Shown here: piece after piece, positions 14,627 to 32,231 of the stretch
Layout of the letters: each line of letters begins with the position of its first letter
Position numbering within the stretch: the first letter of the stretch is position 1
Assembly (NCBI GenBank): GCA_964016885.1
Contig: OZ024742.1
Coordinates: 324,384,001-324,448,000, forward strand
DNA from: Eledone cirrhosa
Taxonomy: Eukaryota
Length of the DNA: 64,000 nucleotides
Direction: 5' to 3'
Notes under the pieces: model-generated
Told to the model about the DNA's origin: nothing
What the model saw: only the letters and a program-made list of their open reading frames with translations
Databases searched by the model: none
Program-made: the position numbers and the translations under genes

Positions 14627-14875
14627 CATATGCGTGTGTACGCGTATGTATCTATGGATGTGTCTGTATTTGTATGAGAGAGAGACTAAGATAGAAAGAA
14701 AGAGAGAGAGAGAAATAAATAAATAAATAAAGAGAGGGATATATATATATGTATATATAATATCCCTCTCTTTATTTCTATATTTCTTTCTCTCTCTCTC
14801 TCTTTCTTTCTATCTTAGTCTCTCTCTCTCTCTTATACACACACAGACACATACATAAATACGTACGCGCATATA
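14627..14875. repeat. Imperfect foldback around a TA core
   Basis: gagagactaagatagaaagaa...ttctttctatcttagtctctc. Confidence 0.75.
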
Positions 14876-14965
14876 TATATATATATATGTATATAATCAA
14901 GGTTTAGCAAATAAGATAAAGTTTCAAAATAAATTTTAAAAAATTAACTTTACTTACTATGGTTA

Positions 14966-15047
14966 CCTTTACCGAGTCGGTTTCGATCCTCAAAAATAAA
15001 CGGAGTCCATACGGCCTTCGTTGCAAAGAAAGAATCTCGTCAGAAGG
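14966..15047 (-). ncRNA. Type I hammerhead ribozyme; sister copy 35168-35252 minus
   Basis: rc: cctt-CTGACGA-gattct...aggatc-GAAA-ccgactcgg-TA-aagg; compensatory stem II change in the sister. Confidence 0.8.
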
Positions 15048-15339
15048 ATCTTTTCATTCGGAGAATATCAAATTCTCGAATTCAAATTACGAACTGGCGC
15101 TATTCAAAATTGTTCCCGAGATGAGAGTAAATGAAGTGGAATCAATTTTTTCAAGGGCCGAGTGTAAAGATAGAGGCAGAGGCAGGGAGGTCAGTTGGCT
15201 ACTGCTATAACTAGCAGCAGTCAGAACGACCAAATTTTTCTCAACATAGAGAAGGATAGTAATAATAGGATATGTGTTCCTACACGCACAAAGCGCTAAG
15301 GGACACATGTATTGTCCAACCATATGCCAATGTGGTTCA

Positions 15340-16322
15340 TATATACATAATGAAAATAAAAGTTACGGCGAAAGAGGGTAATATTCATCGTCAGTTGTCT
15401 GCTAGGAATCATAGGTATTTCTTTGCGTTAGAGACATGATACCTCAGCCATGGGCGAGCAATAACTAAAATAAGTTATTGGGATATAAAGAAAGGGGGTG
15501 GGGGTAGTCAGACACGAAGGGTGAAGCAATGTAAAGAGAGGAAAAATATCAAGTCAACAACTCATTTCGAACATAAGTTCTGTCCAGTTTGACGAGAGAA
15601 AAAAGACACGTCTTAACTATAGCCGTCTTCACTCACTCCGTCTCTGCTAGTCACCCTCTCTCCGCTAGCTCACTTCCTCCCTCGTCCGCCACTATAAGCA
15701 GTCTCCTCTCTCGCTCACACGGCTACAGTGAAGACGTGTCTAACAATACAGCACGCCCTTTTTCATTCCTATATGCTTTCCCCTTCGCCGTGACCTGTCT
15801 TTTCCTCTTCCCTTACTGCTATCCTCTTTCTCTCTTCCCCTTCTCTCTCCTCCTCCCTCTTACTTTCATTCATCCCCTCTGCTAGTCACCCTCTCTCGGC
15901 TAGCCTCTTCCTCACACTTTCACTCACTCACTCTCTGCTACTCACCCCCTCTCTCACTTCCCCCCATCATCCCACATCGTGCGTAATTCTTTCCTCGCTT
16001 ACTTTCGCATGGTTGGGATATGTCTCTCGTCTTCTCGTCAATATTCGCAAGTTCTTATGTTCGAATGAATCATTGACTTGATTTTCTCATTTTTTCCTCT
16101 CTTTACGTTGCCTCACCATTCATGTTTGTTTACCTGTCTCTCTTTCTCCACCCAATTCTTTTTATCCCAATAACTTATTTTAGTTATTCGCGCTAGCCTG
16201 AGGTATCTGCTAAGAAATACCTACGATGGTAGTAGATCACTGATGATGGATAGTGCTATTTCTAATTCTTCATTTTAATTTGTATATCACATTTGCAACA
16301 ACACAGCACGCCATTTTTCATC

Positions 16323-16325
<3 letters not shown>
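15340..16325. repeat. Diverged inverted-repeat element, same family as the tandem units at 17661-18498
   Basis: aaaataagttattgggata / tatcccaataacttatttt and shared CATGGCGTGCTG end. Confidence 0.7.
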
Positions 16326-16385
<60 letters not shown>

Positions 16386-16640
16386 TTGTTGTAAGGATGC
16401 AATAAATGCGTCCGTAGGCGGTATGCCGTTTGAGCACTCGATGCTCGCGCAGGGCAGAGTATATTATTATAGAGTCAGGTTCGATCTGTAACCGTTCCTG
16501 CCCTAAGCTGATCGTCGGAGAGATAAATGTATTATGTTAATAAATTGTGTTTTGATTTATCACTGATTCTTCGTTATCTATAATATATATATATATATAT
16601 ATATATGTGAGAAAAACCACAGACCCTCCATCTCAACTCA

Positions 16641-16678
16641 CCTTTTGAAAAGCAGAAGAACTGCGAAACCGGTAAAGG
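16641..16678 (+). ncRNA. Minimal hammerhead with U3-A8 core; sister copy 32496-32533 minus
   Basis: cctt-TTGAAAA-gcag-aagaa-ctgc-GAAA-ccgg-TA-aagg. Confidence 0.75.
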
Positions 16679-16747
16679 AACCAAATAAATATATATATTT
16701 TTTAAAAAAATAAGACTTCAGTTGCATTTTCAATTTCATCCCTTTTT

Positions 16748-16822
<75 letters not shown>

Positions 16823-16829
<7 letters not shown>

Positions 16830-17629
16830 ATAATAATAAAATTGAAGACTAAAATCCAAAGAGGGCTCGATAAGGATAAATATATATCAAATATATAAGA
16901 ACCGTAGAGCAAATATTTATTAAAATAACAGATTAAAGTTTAAGCAAAGAATCGCTGCTTTCACCCTTAACGGGATCTTCTGAAACTAACAAAGTCAATC
17001 TGTAAACGCAGAACTGGATATTTCAAAAAACGTTGCAACCGGAGGAAGACAGGAAGACGATACTTTGGTTCGTGGAAACGTTCGCTGGCAAAGAACGGGA
17101 AAAAACGAATAATACGTCATTAAAAGGAGCGGTGAAAAACAATTACGCGCAAAGACAGAACCACGTTTAGGTATAAAAGAGGTCGTAGACTAATGTTCTC
17201 TTATTTTAGTCTCTTATTTTAGTCTACAACTTCTGCTATACGATTTACGTGGTTTTGTCTTTGCGTGCTATTGTTCTCCACGCTCTACATATGACTTATT
17301 ATCTTCGTGTTTTCGTTCATTGCCAAAGAACCTCTCTATGCACCACCTAAGAGAACATTAGTCTACGACCTCTTTTATACCTAAACGTGGTTCTGTCTTT
17401 GCGCGTAATTGTTTTTCACCGCTCCCTTTAATGACGTATTATTCGTTTTTTCCCGTTCTTTGCCAGCGAACGTTTCCACGAACCAAAGTATCGTCTTCCT
17501 GTCTTCCTCCGGTTGCAACGTTTTTTGAAATATCCAGTTCTGCGTTTACAGATTGACTTGTTAGTTTCAGAAGATCCCGTTAAGGGTGAAAGCAGCGATT
17601 CTTTGCTTAAACTTTAATCTGTTATTTTA

Positions 17630-17637
<8 letters not shown>
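16823..17637. mobile_element. Foldback made from the 3' terminal region of the PLE at 27135-29165
   Basis: 16915-17198 is the reverse complement of 17351-17637; it matches 28880-29165, and 16823-16895 matches 27135-27212. Confidence 0.8.
17563..17613 (+). ncRNA. Hammerhead-like motif with CAGAAGA core (also 16937-16987 minus and 29103-29153 plus)
   Basis: agttt-CAGAAGA-t-ccc-gttaa-ggg-t-GAAA-gca...tgc-TT-aaact. Confidence 0.6.
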
Positions 17638-18677
<1,040 letters not shown>

Positions 18678-18747
18678 TAATGAGGAATCAGTGATACATT
18701 AAAACACAATTTATTAACATATTACATATGTTTATATATATATATAT

Positions 18748-19085
18748 TAATAAGAGGAATTCTAACTTTGTCTGATTTACTCGTTTTATTTACAATCCTT
18801 TAAAATGTATAATGGTATTAGAATGAAATAGTATGGTAGAATATTAAATGTTAAGTGTTAATTGAACAAGTACTTTCATGCTTTCGCAGGTTCATATTCC
18901 GTGGTAACAGTCAAGTTTGCACAGAATTTGAACCTGAAGATTGCGAAAGCATGAAAGTACTTGTTCAATTAACACTTAACATTTAATATTCTATCATACT
19001 ATTTCATTCTAATACCATTATACATTTTAAAGGATTGTAAATAAAACAAGTAAATCAGACAAAGTTGGAATTCCTTTTATTAATA
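18748..19085. repeat. Foldback element with ~150-bp arms
   Basis: 18748-18893 is the reverse complement of 18929-19085. Confidence 0.92.
18928..18968 (+). ncRNA. Canonical minimal type I hammerhead ribozyme
   Basis: ttgaac-CTGAAGA-t-tgc-gaaa-gca-t-GAAA-gtac-TT-gttcaa. Confidence 0.85.
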
Positions 19086-19123
19086 TAATCTTCTATACAC
19101 AATCATACACACCCGTGTATATT

Positions 19124-19157
<34 letters not shown>

Positions 19158-19350
19158 CACATATATATGCACACACACAAACACACATAGGTAGGTAACA
19201 AGTAAAAGTGAAAAAGCACAGGGGTATATTTGATGATTATTCTTTCTTTAATCCGACTGAATGAATACGTTTATTTAAACCCTGAAATAACTTGAACTCT
19301 TGACACAATAGAACTCTATCTAAATGCACACACGCACACACACACACACA

Positions 19351-19397
<47 letters not shown>

Positions 19398-19489
19398 CCC
19401 CCCCACACACTACAGAATTACAAAATGACATTTGGACAATTATTATGCATTTTCCATTTAAATCAAGATCATTTTTCTAGTGAATTCTA

Positions 19490-19744
19490 CTTAGAATGTT
19501 TCAGGAAAGAACGCTGAACAGATTTTACGAGCAAAACCAACCGGCAAGAGACCCAGGGGTAGACCCCGTTCAAGATGGTTTGATAACATCCACGAATTTG
19601 GCTGGTCACGCTTGGGGATCCATCCGGATCTGGTTGGAAACTGTTTCTTCTGACAGGACTCGAGAGAAAGAATGTTTGAGGCCTCTTCCCATACGACCCT
19701 CTCAAGAAGAAGAAGAAGAAGAAGAAGAAGAAGAAGAAGAAGAA
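19490..19744 (+). mobile_element. 3' end of an RTE-clade LINE/SINE with (GAA)n tail
   Basis: RPRGRPRSRW-like coding remnant followed by (GAA)n; related minus copy near 45805-46010. Confidence 0.6.
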
Positions 19745-20152
19745 TCCTGATCTGTTGAACTCCATTTCCACCATCACCAGTTCATCTTCATAAACAACAT
19801 ATATAGGAAGTAATTTTGACAGACAATTCACATATGTTCTAACTGCCAACATAACATGAGAATAAATATTTTAAATATTTGATAATCGAAACCGGTAATA
19901 TTTGGCAACATTTAAATCCATTTAATGTAACAATTATAACAATATTCATTCATAGGATTAAAGAAAAAAAAAATTAATCTTTAAATATTGCTCTGCGCTC
20001 TTTCACTTTTAATTTTTACCTATAATCTTCGATATACCTCCTTTTTGAACTATACACATATACACACACACACTAACACACACACTCACACACATACACA
20101 CAGCAGGCACACACAGACACACACATATATATATATATGGATATATATATAT

Positions 20153-20205
20153 ATAAATGTCTGATGATCCTCTGAGTACACAGCTGAAACTCCAGAGTAA
20201 TTATA
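20153..20205 (+). ncRNA. Degenerate hammerhead motif
   Basis: CTGATGA...GAAA-ctccagag-TA; stems I and II weak; TA-flanked. Confidence 0.45.
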
Positions 20206-20212
20206 AAGAATG

Positions 20213-20317
<105 letters not shown>

Positions 20318-20474
20318 TAGGTATAGGATTATCCTAGATGTAGTAATGGTTAATTACTACACTGGATATGGTTGACGTACGGTGAGAGGTTACTCAACGA
20401 GTTATGGAAGGATTGTTGAAGAAACTTAGTTCCTGATCCTTCTGTATTCCGGAGTGTAGATAAAGAATGAATAA

Positions 20475-21150
20475 TAACAGGTAGCCATCATAAAAAGGTA
20501 ATTTATTCCGTGTGCTTACAAATGTTTCCATGGTGGTAATACAGCCTAGTTATGCTATGTGCAAATTTACAACTATTTGCAGAACTCAATATCAAATGCT
20601 GTGACCATTGTATCATCAGAGCAGAATGGTTAAAATGTACAATGTAAATACCCTTAAGTGAGGTTATTGGAGAAGATAGAGTAGAAAAGGAAGAGAGAAA
20701 AGTAGGGGAGAGGGAGAGAGAGAGAAAGATATGCAGGGGTTGGAGAAATAGGAGAGAGTGATTTATAGATACCTTAATCAAAATGTTATGGTAGGGGTTT
20801 TATTATACTGGTTACTGTTAGAGAGATGCGTTGATAGTCAAGGTTGGAATTATTTATTGCCCCAGAGGGCAGGTTCATAGATGTGGAGAGGGAGGGAGGT
20901 AGGTCAAAGGCGAGAGAGAGAGAGTGGAATGGATATATATCCATTCCACTCTCTCTCTCTCGCCTTTGGCCTACCTCCCTCCCTCTCCACATCTATAATT
21001 CCAACCTTGACTATCAACGCATTTGATATTTGAGTTCTGCAAATAGTTGTAAATTTGCACATAGCATAACTAGGCTCTATTACTACCGTGGAAACATTTG
21101 TAAGCACACGGAATAAATTACCTTTTTATGATGTCTACCTATTATTATTC
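20475..21150. repeat. Nested foldbacks
   Basis: 20480-20600 pairs with 21020-21140; inner hairpin 20826-21022 centred near 20937. Confidence 0.85.
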
Positions 21151-21153
21151 ATT

Positions 21154-21216
<63 letters not shown>

Positions 21217-21238
21217 AAGAGACATATACATATATATA

Positions 21239-21272
<34 letters not shown>

Positions 21273-21371
21273 AATATATATATATGTAGGAGGTGAGTTT
21301 TATTGTAGTACAATAAAGCAATGCAAATATCGGATAAGAAGCACTCTACAGTTTGTAGGACTGGAGTATAC

Positions 21372-21690
21372 ATAATATATAAGAACAAAAGATGGTTAAA
21401 AGAGTTCCATGTATTTTATTATGCGCATTTCAAAAACAAATATCATCATGCAATAATATTTGTGTTTTCATCAGATAAAACAGCAAGAAGGTTAAAAAAC
21501 ACTTGTGGATAGTGCAGTTATGTTGATTTAAAACTGCACTATCCACAAGTGTTTTTTAACCTTCATATCATGTCTTCCTGTTTTATCTGATGAAAACACA
21601 AATATTATTATTGCATGATGATATTTGTTTTTGAAATGCGCATAATAAAATACATGGAACTCTTTTAACCATCTTTTGTTCTTATATATT

Positions 21691-21692
<2 letters not shown>
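21372..21692. repeat. Foldback element with ~150-bp arms
   Basis: Palindrome centred near 21524. Confidence 0.92.
21581..21650 (+). ncRNA. Type I hammerhead ribozyme (mirror copy 21414-21480, minus)
   Basis: ttttat-CTGATGA-aaacacaaatat...atatttgttttt-GAAA-tgcgca-TA-ataaaa. Confidence 0.82.
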
Positions 21693-21787
<95 letters not shown>

Positions 21788-21788
21788 C

Positions 21789-22212
<424 letters not shown>

Positions 22213-22376
22213 TTATATATTAAATATATATATGTAAGTGTTTGTGTGAGTGTGTGTGCGTATTTGTGTGTGTCTGTGTGTGTGTGTAAGAGCATATACA
22301 CACATTGTATTAGCAATATCGTTTTCCGATCGGAAATAACATCAAAACCAATAGCAGTAGCAAGTAGTTGTAGTAA

Positions 22377-22426
<50 letters not shown>

Positions 22427-22488
22427 AGTAGTAGTAGTAGTAGTAATGATAATAATAATAACTATGACGACGACGACGACGAAGATGA

Positions 22489-22520
<32 letters not shown>

Positions 22521-23042
22521 GTGGTAATAGTATCAATAATAATAACATTAGCATGAGCAATATCGACTGCTTTTGAAAGGACATGCCTCAGAGCTAATTC
22601 TGTAGCATTTCAACCATATGCCCATATGGTGATCTGTAGTATCAATCTAATTGCTTGTGGATCGTACTGAGATGCTGACGTCAAGCATTTATTCTCAAAC
22701 GAACACAGAGGCGAATATATAAACAAATATGCAAGCGAACATAGAGCGAACATAGAGCGAACATAGAGTGAACATAGAAATGGGAATACAAGTGAATATA
22801 AAAACGAACAGAGAAGCATAAACACGCACACACAAGCGTACTTATACATATCTATCTATAAATAAATATTTATATATATATATATACACATACTTCCATA
22901 TACTTTTACTAGTTTAAGTAGTGTAGTTCAAGAGAACGCAGAAACGAACACAAAAGCGAAATAGGAAACAAAACGAATAACAAAACCAACCTAACAACTC
23001 AAACGAACATGAAAGAAACACCAACCAGAGCCCCCTAATATA

Positions 23043-23112
<70 letters not shown>

Positions 23113-23119
23113 CATATAT

Positions 23120-23150
<31 letters not shown>

Positions 23151-23167
23151 CATATATATATACATAT

Positions 23168-23283
<116 letters not shown>

Positions 23284-23394
23284 ATATATATATATACATA
23301 CACACACATATATATATATATGTACGTATATATATATATATGCTTCTTTGAAAAAACTATAGTGTAGTTTTTTCAAAGAATCCCCATTCTTTGA

Positions 23395-23643
23395 ATCCAC
23401 CAGCCAGTGACCTCCACCCATCCCAATCCACCAGCCAGTGACCTCCACCCATCCCAATCCACCAGCCAGTGACCTCCACCCATCCCAATCCACCAGCCAG
23501 TGACCTCCACCCATCCCAATCCACCAGCCAGTGACCTCCAACCATCCCAATCCACCAGCCAGTGACCTCCACCCATCCCAATCCACCAGCCAGTGACCTC
23601 CACCCATCCCAATCAACGAGCCAGTGACCTCCACCCATCCCAA
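23395..23643. repeat. 31-bp minisatellite, about 8 copies
   Basis: ATCCACCAGCCAGTGACCTCCACCCATCCCA. Confidence 0.95.
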
Positions 23644-23702
23644 GCACCACCTACCCCTACCAACAGAAGATGTATAAATACCACCATATCACATTGACAG
23701 TC

Positions 23703-23752
23703 GGCTTCCTGATGTTTCCTTCCAATGAAACAGTTCTAGTCCTGTAGAAGCC
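23703..23752 (+). ncRNA. Hammerhead motif with A9 mutated; 3' half also at 60252-60285 minus
   Basis: ggcttc-CTGATGT...GAAA-cag..ctg-TA-gaagcc. Confidence 0.6.
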
Positions 23753-24073
23753 ATTTCTATATTAAATATTTATACCCTGCTATGTATTGAGTACCTTACT
23801 TACTGAGGTTACCCCGCCCCCTCTGAACCCAGGCTACACACACACACACACACACACATATATATTTATATATCCTTGAGATGAGGTGGGCTTGCCTGTT
23901 TTTTTTTAAATGCCCTAGAAACGCTGTATGTCAATATGGCGCCTGCATGTGTACCAGATGATAGGCTGAGGCCATACTGGGGCACCTATATATATATATC
24001 CATAGAACAATACGTGACAACTTTAAATTAGGTGAGAGGAGGTGAAATGGTGTGATCAAGAATGGGGCCCTAT

Positions 24074-24126
<53 letters not shown>

Positions 24127-24127
24127 G

Positions 24128-24174
<47 letters not shown>

Positions 24175-25374
24175 GATCTATCTATCTATCTATCTATCTA
24201 TCGATCTATCTATCTTTAGTTCTTTACTCTGGTTCTACTTATAATAGATCCATGGGTAGTTGACGAAGACCAGGCTGGAAACGAGAAATTAGTAAAAAAA
24301 AAAAAATCCCACAAGTCACGCATGCGTTCATTCACACATTTATACTAATATTTATCGACATACCTATATACTACACGTGTATTCAATTATATATATATAC
24401 ATACATGCATGCAAACATACCTACATACTCACAGAGAAGCACATATTTCTATACATACACAGATATTCTGGCACGAACAAGCATTAGATAATGGAGAACT
24501 AAGTAAACAACACATTCTAAGACTTATTTAAAGTTTCGCGAATGAAGTCAACCAACGAAAACGTTTGAACTTAAGAGAAGCTGTGAAATTCTTCCAAACA
24601 CTATATTATATGAATCAAAACACTTTTATCCCTCTATTACAAAGCCGTTTCTGCTTAAGGCCTTAGTGTTTGTTAGTAAAATGTCATCCATTTTTGATCT
24701 TATATGAAAATCTTTTTACATACCAGGAAACCCTTCTGTTCTACCCCCCCCCCCACCACAAGAAAAAATGAAAAAAAAACAACAAAAAACAAACGCCAAA
24801 CGGGGATAAATTGTTTGATTTTTCTATGGGTGCCTTTGACAAAGCTGAGCTGAGCTAAATTACCATTTATATATGTTGGAATTAATGCCTGGATGATTCA
24901 AGAAATCGTTGTAGTAGAGTCGCTAGAGCGTTGGAGGAATTGAAATCTCACCAATGTTCACTTTGACTTTAATTATTTCGGGGTCAAATTCGTATTATAG
25001 TTGTTCGATCAATGAAATATCCTGTTCGTAACATGCAAATGACTGAGTTTTTCACAGACACCTACGTACGTACGCACGTACATACGTATGCATGTATACA
25101 CGTATGCATATATGCACGTATGCATGTATGCATGTATGTATGTATGTATGTATGTATGTATGTATGTATGTATGTATGTATGTATGTACGTACGTACGTA
25201 TGTATGGTCCCGTAACTCCTGATAGAGTCGTATGGCACCGTATTGACAGACGGCGTTTCTTAGGCATTTAAAGCCTGGCGGAGCTCATCCCTCTTCAGTT
25301 CTGATTACAACAGATTTCTTCAAGAGAAAGATAGAAAGTGAGAGAGAGGAAATGAGAATGAGATATAGAAGAAG

Positions 25375-25535
25375 AATCGACCCCAGTACTAGACTGGTAC
25401 TTTTTTATCGACCTCGAAAGGGTGAAAGGCAAAGTTGACCTCGGTGGGATTTGAACTCAGGGAGCAGAGAGTCAGAACAAATACCATAAAGCCTTTTATC
25501 CATCGTTCTAACGATTCTGCTAATTCGCCGCCTTA
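25375..25535 (-). mobile_element. tRNA-derived SINE
   Basis: Same core as 1942-2142. Confidence 0.75.
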
Positions 25536-26774
25536 CAGACACATATACTTCTAACCAAGCTCTGAGGGAGATTCCCTGTGATGCTGTGAGACTAGTCTGC
25601 TCCGTTAAATTACGTGAACCATTCACCCGGCTGGCTTCCAACCAGTTTGAATCTACTCAATTTCTCTAAAAAGGCTTGGCTCAACCTGAAAGTATAATAA
25701 ATGGTACTTGCTCGTTATGTCACACAGTGGGATCGAGCCCAGGACATGATGATTGTGCAGTGAACTTCATAAACTTTTAATCATGCTGTATTCACATATA
25801 AATGAATCGTACAACGAGGTACAACACGGAGTGAACCAGGCAGTAGATGATTGATGAGTATTTTGTTAGCAGCAAGTCATATGTTTTTTTTTTGTAGTAA
25901 ATAAGACCACAGCTGTGTGTCTTCCAGAGGGGTGGCATCCTATAGACCACATTGCTGAAGATTCTCTATATACAGTCGGTTATGAGAGAAAGAAAAGAAA
26001 AGTTATTAACTATTTGAACAGCCGCTTAAGTTAAAGGAGGGATTACTAAATATTTGTCATATTTATGCTTTACTCAAGAGCATTATCGGATTAATTGAAA
26101 TGAATGCGCTTTAAGTGGGAATCTTAAATGCATTGTGAACTCAGATAACTAGAAGTTTATCTACAGTTTCTTTGTTCTCAAAAATATACGATATATTTCT
26201 TTCTTTCTTCTTGGATTTAGACGGTTAAGAAGTGGTTGATATATGCTTAATATGTGGTTAAAAGTTCGTTTCGCAATCACATGGTTCTGGATTCAATCCC
26301 ATTGCGCAGTTCTTTGGGTAAGTATATTCTAACATAACCTGACGTTCCTTGCTTTCCCAAATGAGAAATAAACTGATTTTAACGGAAAATGAAATATTTA
26401 CGACGGACACATCCAAATATGTAGATTGTGATGTGCTCACGATCATAAAGTCATGGGTTCGATTCCCAGGGAAAATAGGTGTTGTATTTTGAGGAATGCA
26501 CTTCATTTCAAACAACTAAAAATGAGAACCAGTAGCATCTGGAAGAGTAACTTTCCGATGTGGGTAGCTATGGATACCCTGTCGCTTAACACCACACGAG
26601 CTCCGGCTTGATGGGCCTCTAGGCTATAGAGCGGGAGTCTCCAACATAGTCGATGTCAAAATCAGGGGGCCTGATGGCATTCCCCAGTGGATACATTGAT
26701 CTTTTGGTCCAAAAGCTGGCACTAGTATAAGAAATTAAAATACATAAGATATTACAATCAATAAAAATCAGGTT

Positions 26775-26817
<43 letters not shown>

Positions 26818-26820
<3 letters not shown>

Positions 26821-27045
26821 GAATGTATGTATAGTATATTTGGCAATATGCCGTATTTTTAATTAAAAATATTTTGAAGACCATATGCTATCGGTTTTAA
26901 AGTAGTGACTATGTCACTTACTTCTTTTCGGCGAAAGAAGGGAGTGACATAGTCACTACTTTAAAACCGATAGCATATGGTCTTCAAAATATTTTAAATT
27001 AAACATACGGCATATTGCCAAATATACTATACATACATTCATGTA
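26818..27045. repeat. Foldback with ~110-bp arms, TA-flanked
   Basis: Palindrome centred near 26930. Confidence 0.9.
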
Positions 27046-27134
27046 TGTATAGTATGTATTGGTGTTATGATTGGTGTGATTTCAGAGCACCAATCATAAT
27101 ATATATATATATATATATACATAGCTTATATATA

Positions 27135-29165
<2,031 letters not shown>

Positions 29166-30151
29166 ATATATATATCTGTTATATATATATATCGAAGGAA
29201 ATTCAGAAATAGCCGTCGAAACGGCTTGAGCTCTGTCGTCGGGGTCATACCTTTTCCTATATAGATATATGGAAAAGAATGAAACGAAATTTCATTTCTT
29301 ACTCTTAGTACGGCTGATACTTAAGTTTAAGTATGTATCTATACGTACATACATATATGTATACAGACGTACAGTAGTATGTATATATATACATACATGC
29401 ACACATATATATATATGTACGTATGGGTTTACCGACCATTTATTATAATGTTCGGTTTGTTTGTAAACAAACAAACAGCTCGAATTACGCCGTACAGGGT
29501 TCAGGCAACCATCGTCGCCTTTTTGTTCAACACTGACACAGGAACGATGTACTAGTTTCAAGTTTATTAGCTATCGTCAACATCTTATACCTTCCTGTCA
29601 GATGATTGAACGTCTGAAAGTATATACTTTCCTTATGCATATTAACGGCAGAGCAACCTAATTTGCATATCAAGTGAGTTAGTCGGCCGGGCGCACCGAA
29701 AACGATAAATGGGGGAAAAATATATATATATATATATATATTGCTTATTTATTTTATATTTTGTTTATTGATTTATTTATTACTTATTTATTTTGTGTTC
29801 TATGCATGTCTGTGTTCGATGAGGAATCAAGCTTCCCTGAAAATGTCGATGGTAGAAATTTCTTAAGGGTCATTAATCTAATTTCTCCGCATGTTCACTG
29901 ATTTATCTAGTTTTGTACATTATCTGTCGACGACTGCATCAAGCGTTACCTGAAGCGGTAGGTGTTTAAAATATATTTGAGGATCCCTTTCTAGGCTCCA
30001 GAAATATTACTAAATATATATGTATTAAAAAACAAACAAACAAACTTAATGTGAGTTTATTCCATGCTATATAGTATTTATAAGCATTTAGAATACTGTA
30101 TGTTGACAGTGACGGAGAATAATGGTTCTAACAATTGGTGATATATATGTG

Positions 30152-30209
<58 letters not shown>

Positions 30210-30249
30210 CGTGGGAAAGTGAAAAATCGGAGAATAGACCGTTAAAACA

Positions 30250-31864
30250 TGTTTTTGATATAGATAGCTACTACGCCTCTATCTCCCCCATACTCTTAAA
30301 TAAGGCACTTATCTTAGCTAGATCTAACACTAGCCTCACCAAAAAAGAAATAGACATAATTCTAACGGCACGTAGAACCATTATCCAGTTCGAAGGCTCC
30401 CACTGGACCAGAACCAACCGTCCTGATAACTTCGATGTCACGATGGGGTCCAGCGACTCAGCGCAAGCAACTGACCTGGTTGGGATATACCTCCTACATA
30501 AGCTTAGGGAAGAAATACCCGCCCTACAAGGAGGTGTATATAGGGACGACGCCTTGTTTACCGTTAGGAACCATAGCCCCCGTAGGATAGAGAACCTTAA
30601 CAAACATATACACAGGTTCTTTAAGTCATACGGCCTATCCGTAACTATGGACCTCAACCACAGGGTTGTCAACTTCCTGGACGTGACCCTGGAGTTGAGT
30701 ACGGGCTTATACAAGCCATACCATAAGCCTGGAGAGTGCCTCTCTTATATTAATTATGCCTCCAACCACCCTAAGCAGACTCTCAACTCCATAGTCTATA
30801 GTATCTCACATAGAATCTCGAGACTATCCGCCAATGAGGATATCTTCAACCAAGCGGCTGATTACTACAATAGGGCCCTGATAAGCGCCGGCTTTAACCG
30901 AGGAATTTCCTACATCCCTAACGCTAGCTCTAGAAACCACCCCCTCATAAAACTAACGTTATAGTAAACCATACCTATAACCGATCACGCGGCGACCTCG
31001 TTAAAGTCGGATATAATAGAATAGATAACCGCACCAAAGATCACGTCCCCGGCGACGGTGAATACTGTAGATTACTCAAACTATTCCCCTATTACAAAAC
31101 CAACAAAGGCGACGGCCTACTACCAACGCCTTCCAACCAACATCTTCGTGTACATAAACATGGAAGTGGTAGAAAGAGTGCACCCGAGCATAAAGTGAAA
31201 GGGGCACCGAACGGGCGACAGCACATTAACACACATAAGAGCGATCGCTTAGATGGAACCACCCGTAGCAAAAGTACAAGGACACGTAATCGCCACCGTA
31301 ACGTCCTATGGTTCCACCCCCTACTCTCGAAGTGTGGCCTCCAACATACCCCGGATATTCTTCGAAGCCTTAGAGAAGAACTTCCCACCCAACCATAGGT
31401 ATAGAAAAATTCTTAATAGGAACAATATAAAAATATCCTTCTCTACTACTCCTAACCTAGCAGACATCATAGGAACAACGAACCACAGTAAGATCACCAA
31501 GACACAGCACCTCGACGCAGACGCACCTACACCTGACAATAACTGTATCGGCCTTAACAACTCCCTGACAGCATCCAATAGTGTTGGCAACGGCATCCGC
31601 AGACGCAACCAGAATGACCGCGAAGTGACTGGGGAGCATGCAAAACATGGCGTGCGGAATAACAATCGCACCATCCCGCGTGCTGTGGGTTGTAATTGTG
31701 CTAACGACAGCTGCGGTAGCGTAGGTAACAACGTAGGCAGCAACAATGATAGCCTTATCGTGGGAAATAGACGGAACAGCGACAGAAATTGCAACTGCCG
31801 CGACAGAAGACGGTGCCCCCTTAGAGGATACTGCTTGACCGATAGGGTTATATATAGATGCACT
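30250..31864 (+). pseudogene. PLE RT fragment (YRDD type) with linker and start of GIY-YIG; disrupted
   Basis: FDIDSYY, FDVTMGS, YRDDAL, NFLDVTL, SNHP, CNC..CPLRGYCL..VIY; stop and frameshift near 30964 and 31320. Confidence 0.88.
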
Positions 31865-31872
31865 CGTAATTA

Positions 31873-31910
31873 CGAGCTGAGCATCCGCTAAGGTGAAACA
31901 ATTGTTCTCG
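31873..31910 (+). ncRNA. Minimal hammerhead (G8 mutated) fused to the truncated PLE
   Basis: cgag-CTGAGCA-t-cc-gctaa-gg-t-GAAA-caattg-TT-ctcg. Confidence 0.6.
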
Positions 31911-31963
31911 GTATGGTGAACTAACTGTTGTGTAACCACTTCTATATTTATATATATATATAT

Positions 31964-32231
31964 TATTACTTCAAAATATTAATAAATATAGACATTCAAG
32001 TGATCAAATATATTTTATTAGACATATTTCAGAGGTACTGAGCTATTTCATCAGTACGTCCTCATCAGATAAAATAACACACTTGACTGAACCATCAGCA
32101 CAGTTGAGGTATGTCAGACATCAATTTATTTTATCTGATGAGGACGTACTGATGAAATAGCTCTGAAATATGTATAATAAAATATATTTGATCACATGAA
32201 TGTCTATATTTATTAATATTTTGAAGTAATA
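31964..32231. repeat. Foldback carrying two hammerheads (32011-32076 minus; 32127-32184 plus)
   Basis: tattttat-CTGATGA-gg..gtactg..cagtac-ctct-GAAA-tatgt(c/a)-TA-ataaaata; the plus copy has a stem II deletion. Confidence 0.8.

Noticed and set aside
23395-23643. CRISPR-like array
   Set aside because: Contiguous repeats with no spacers, in a eukaryotic context
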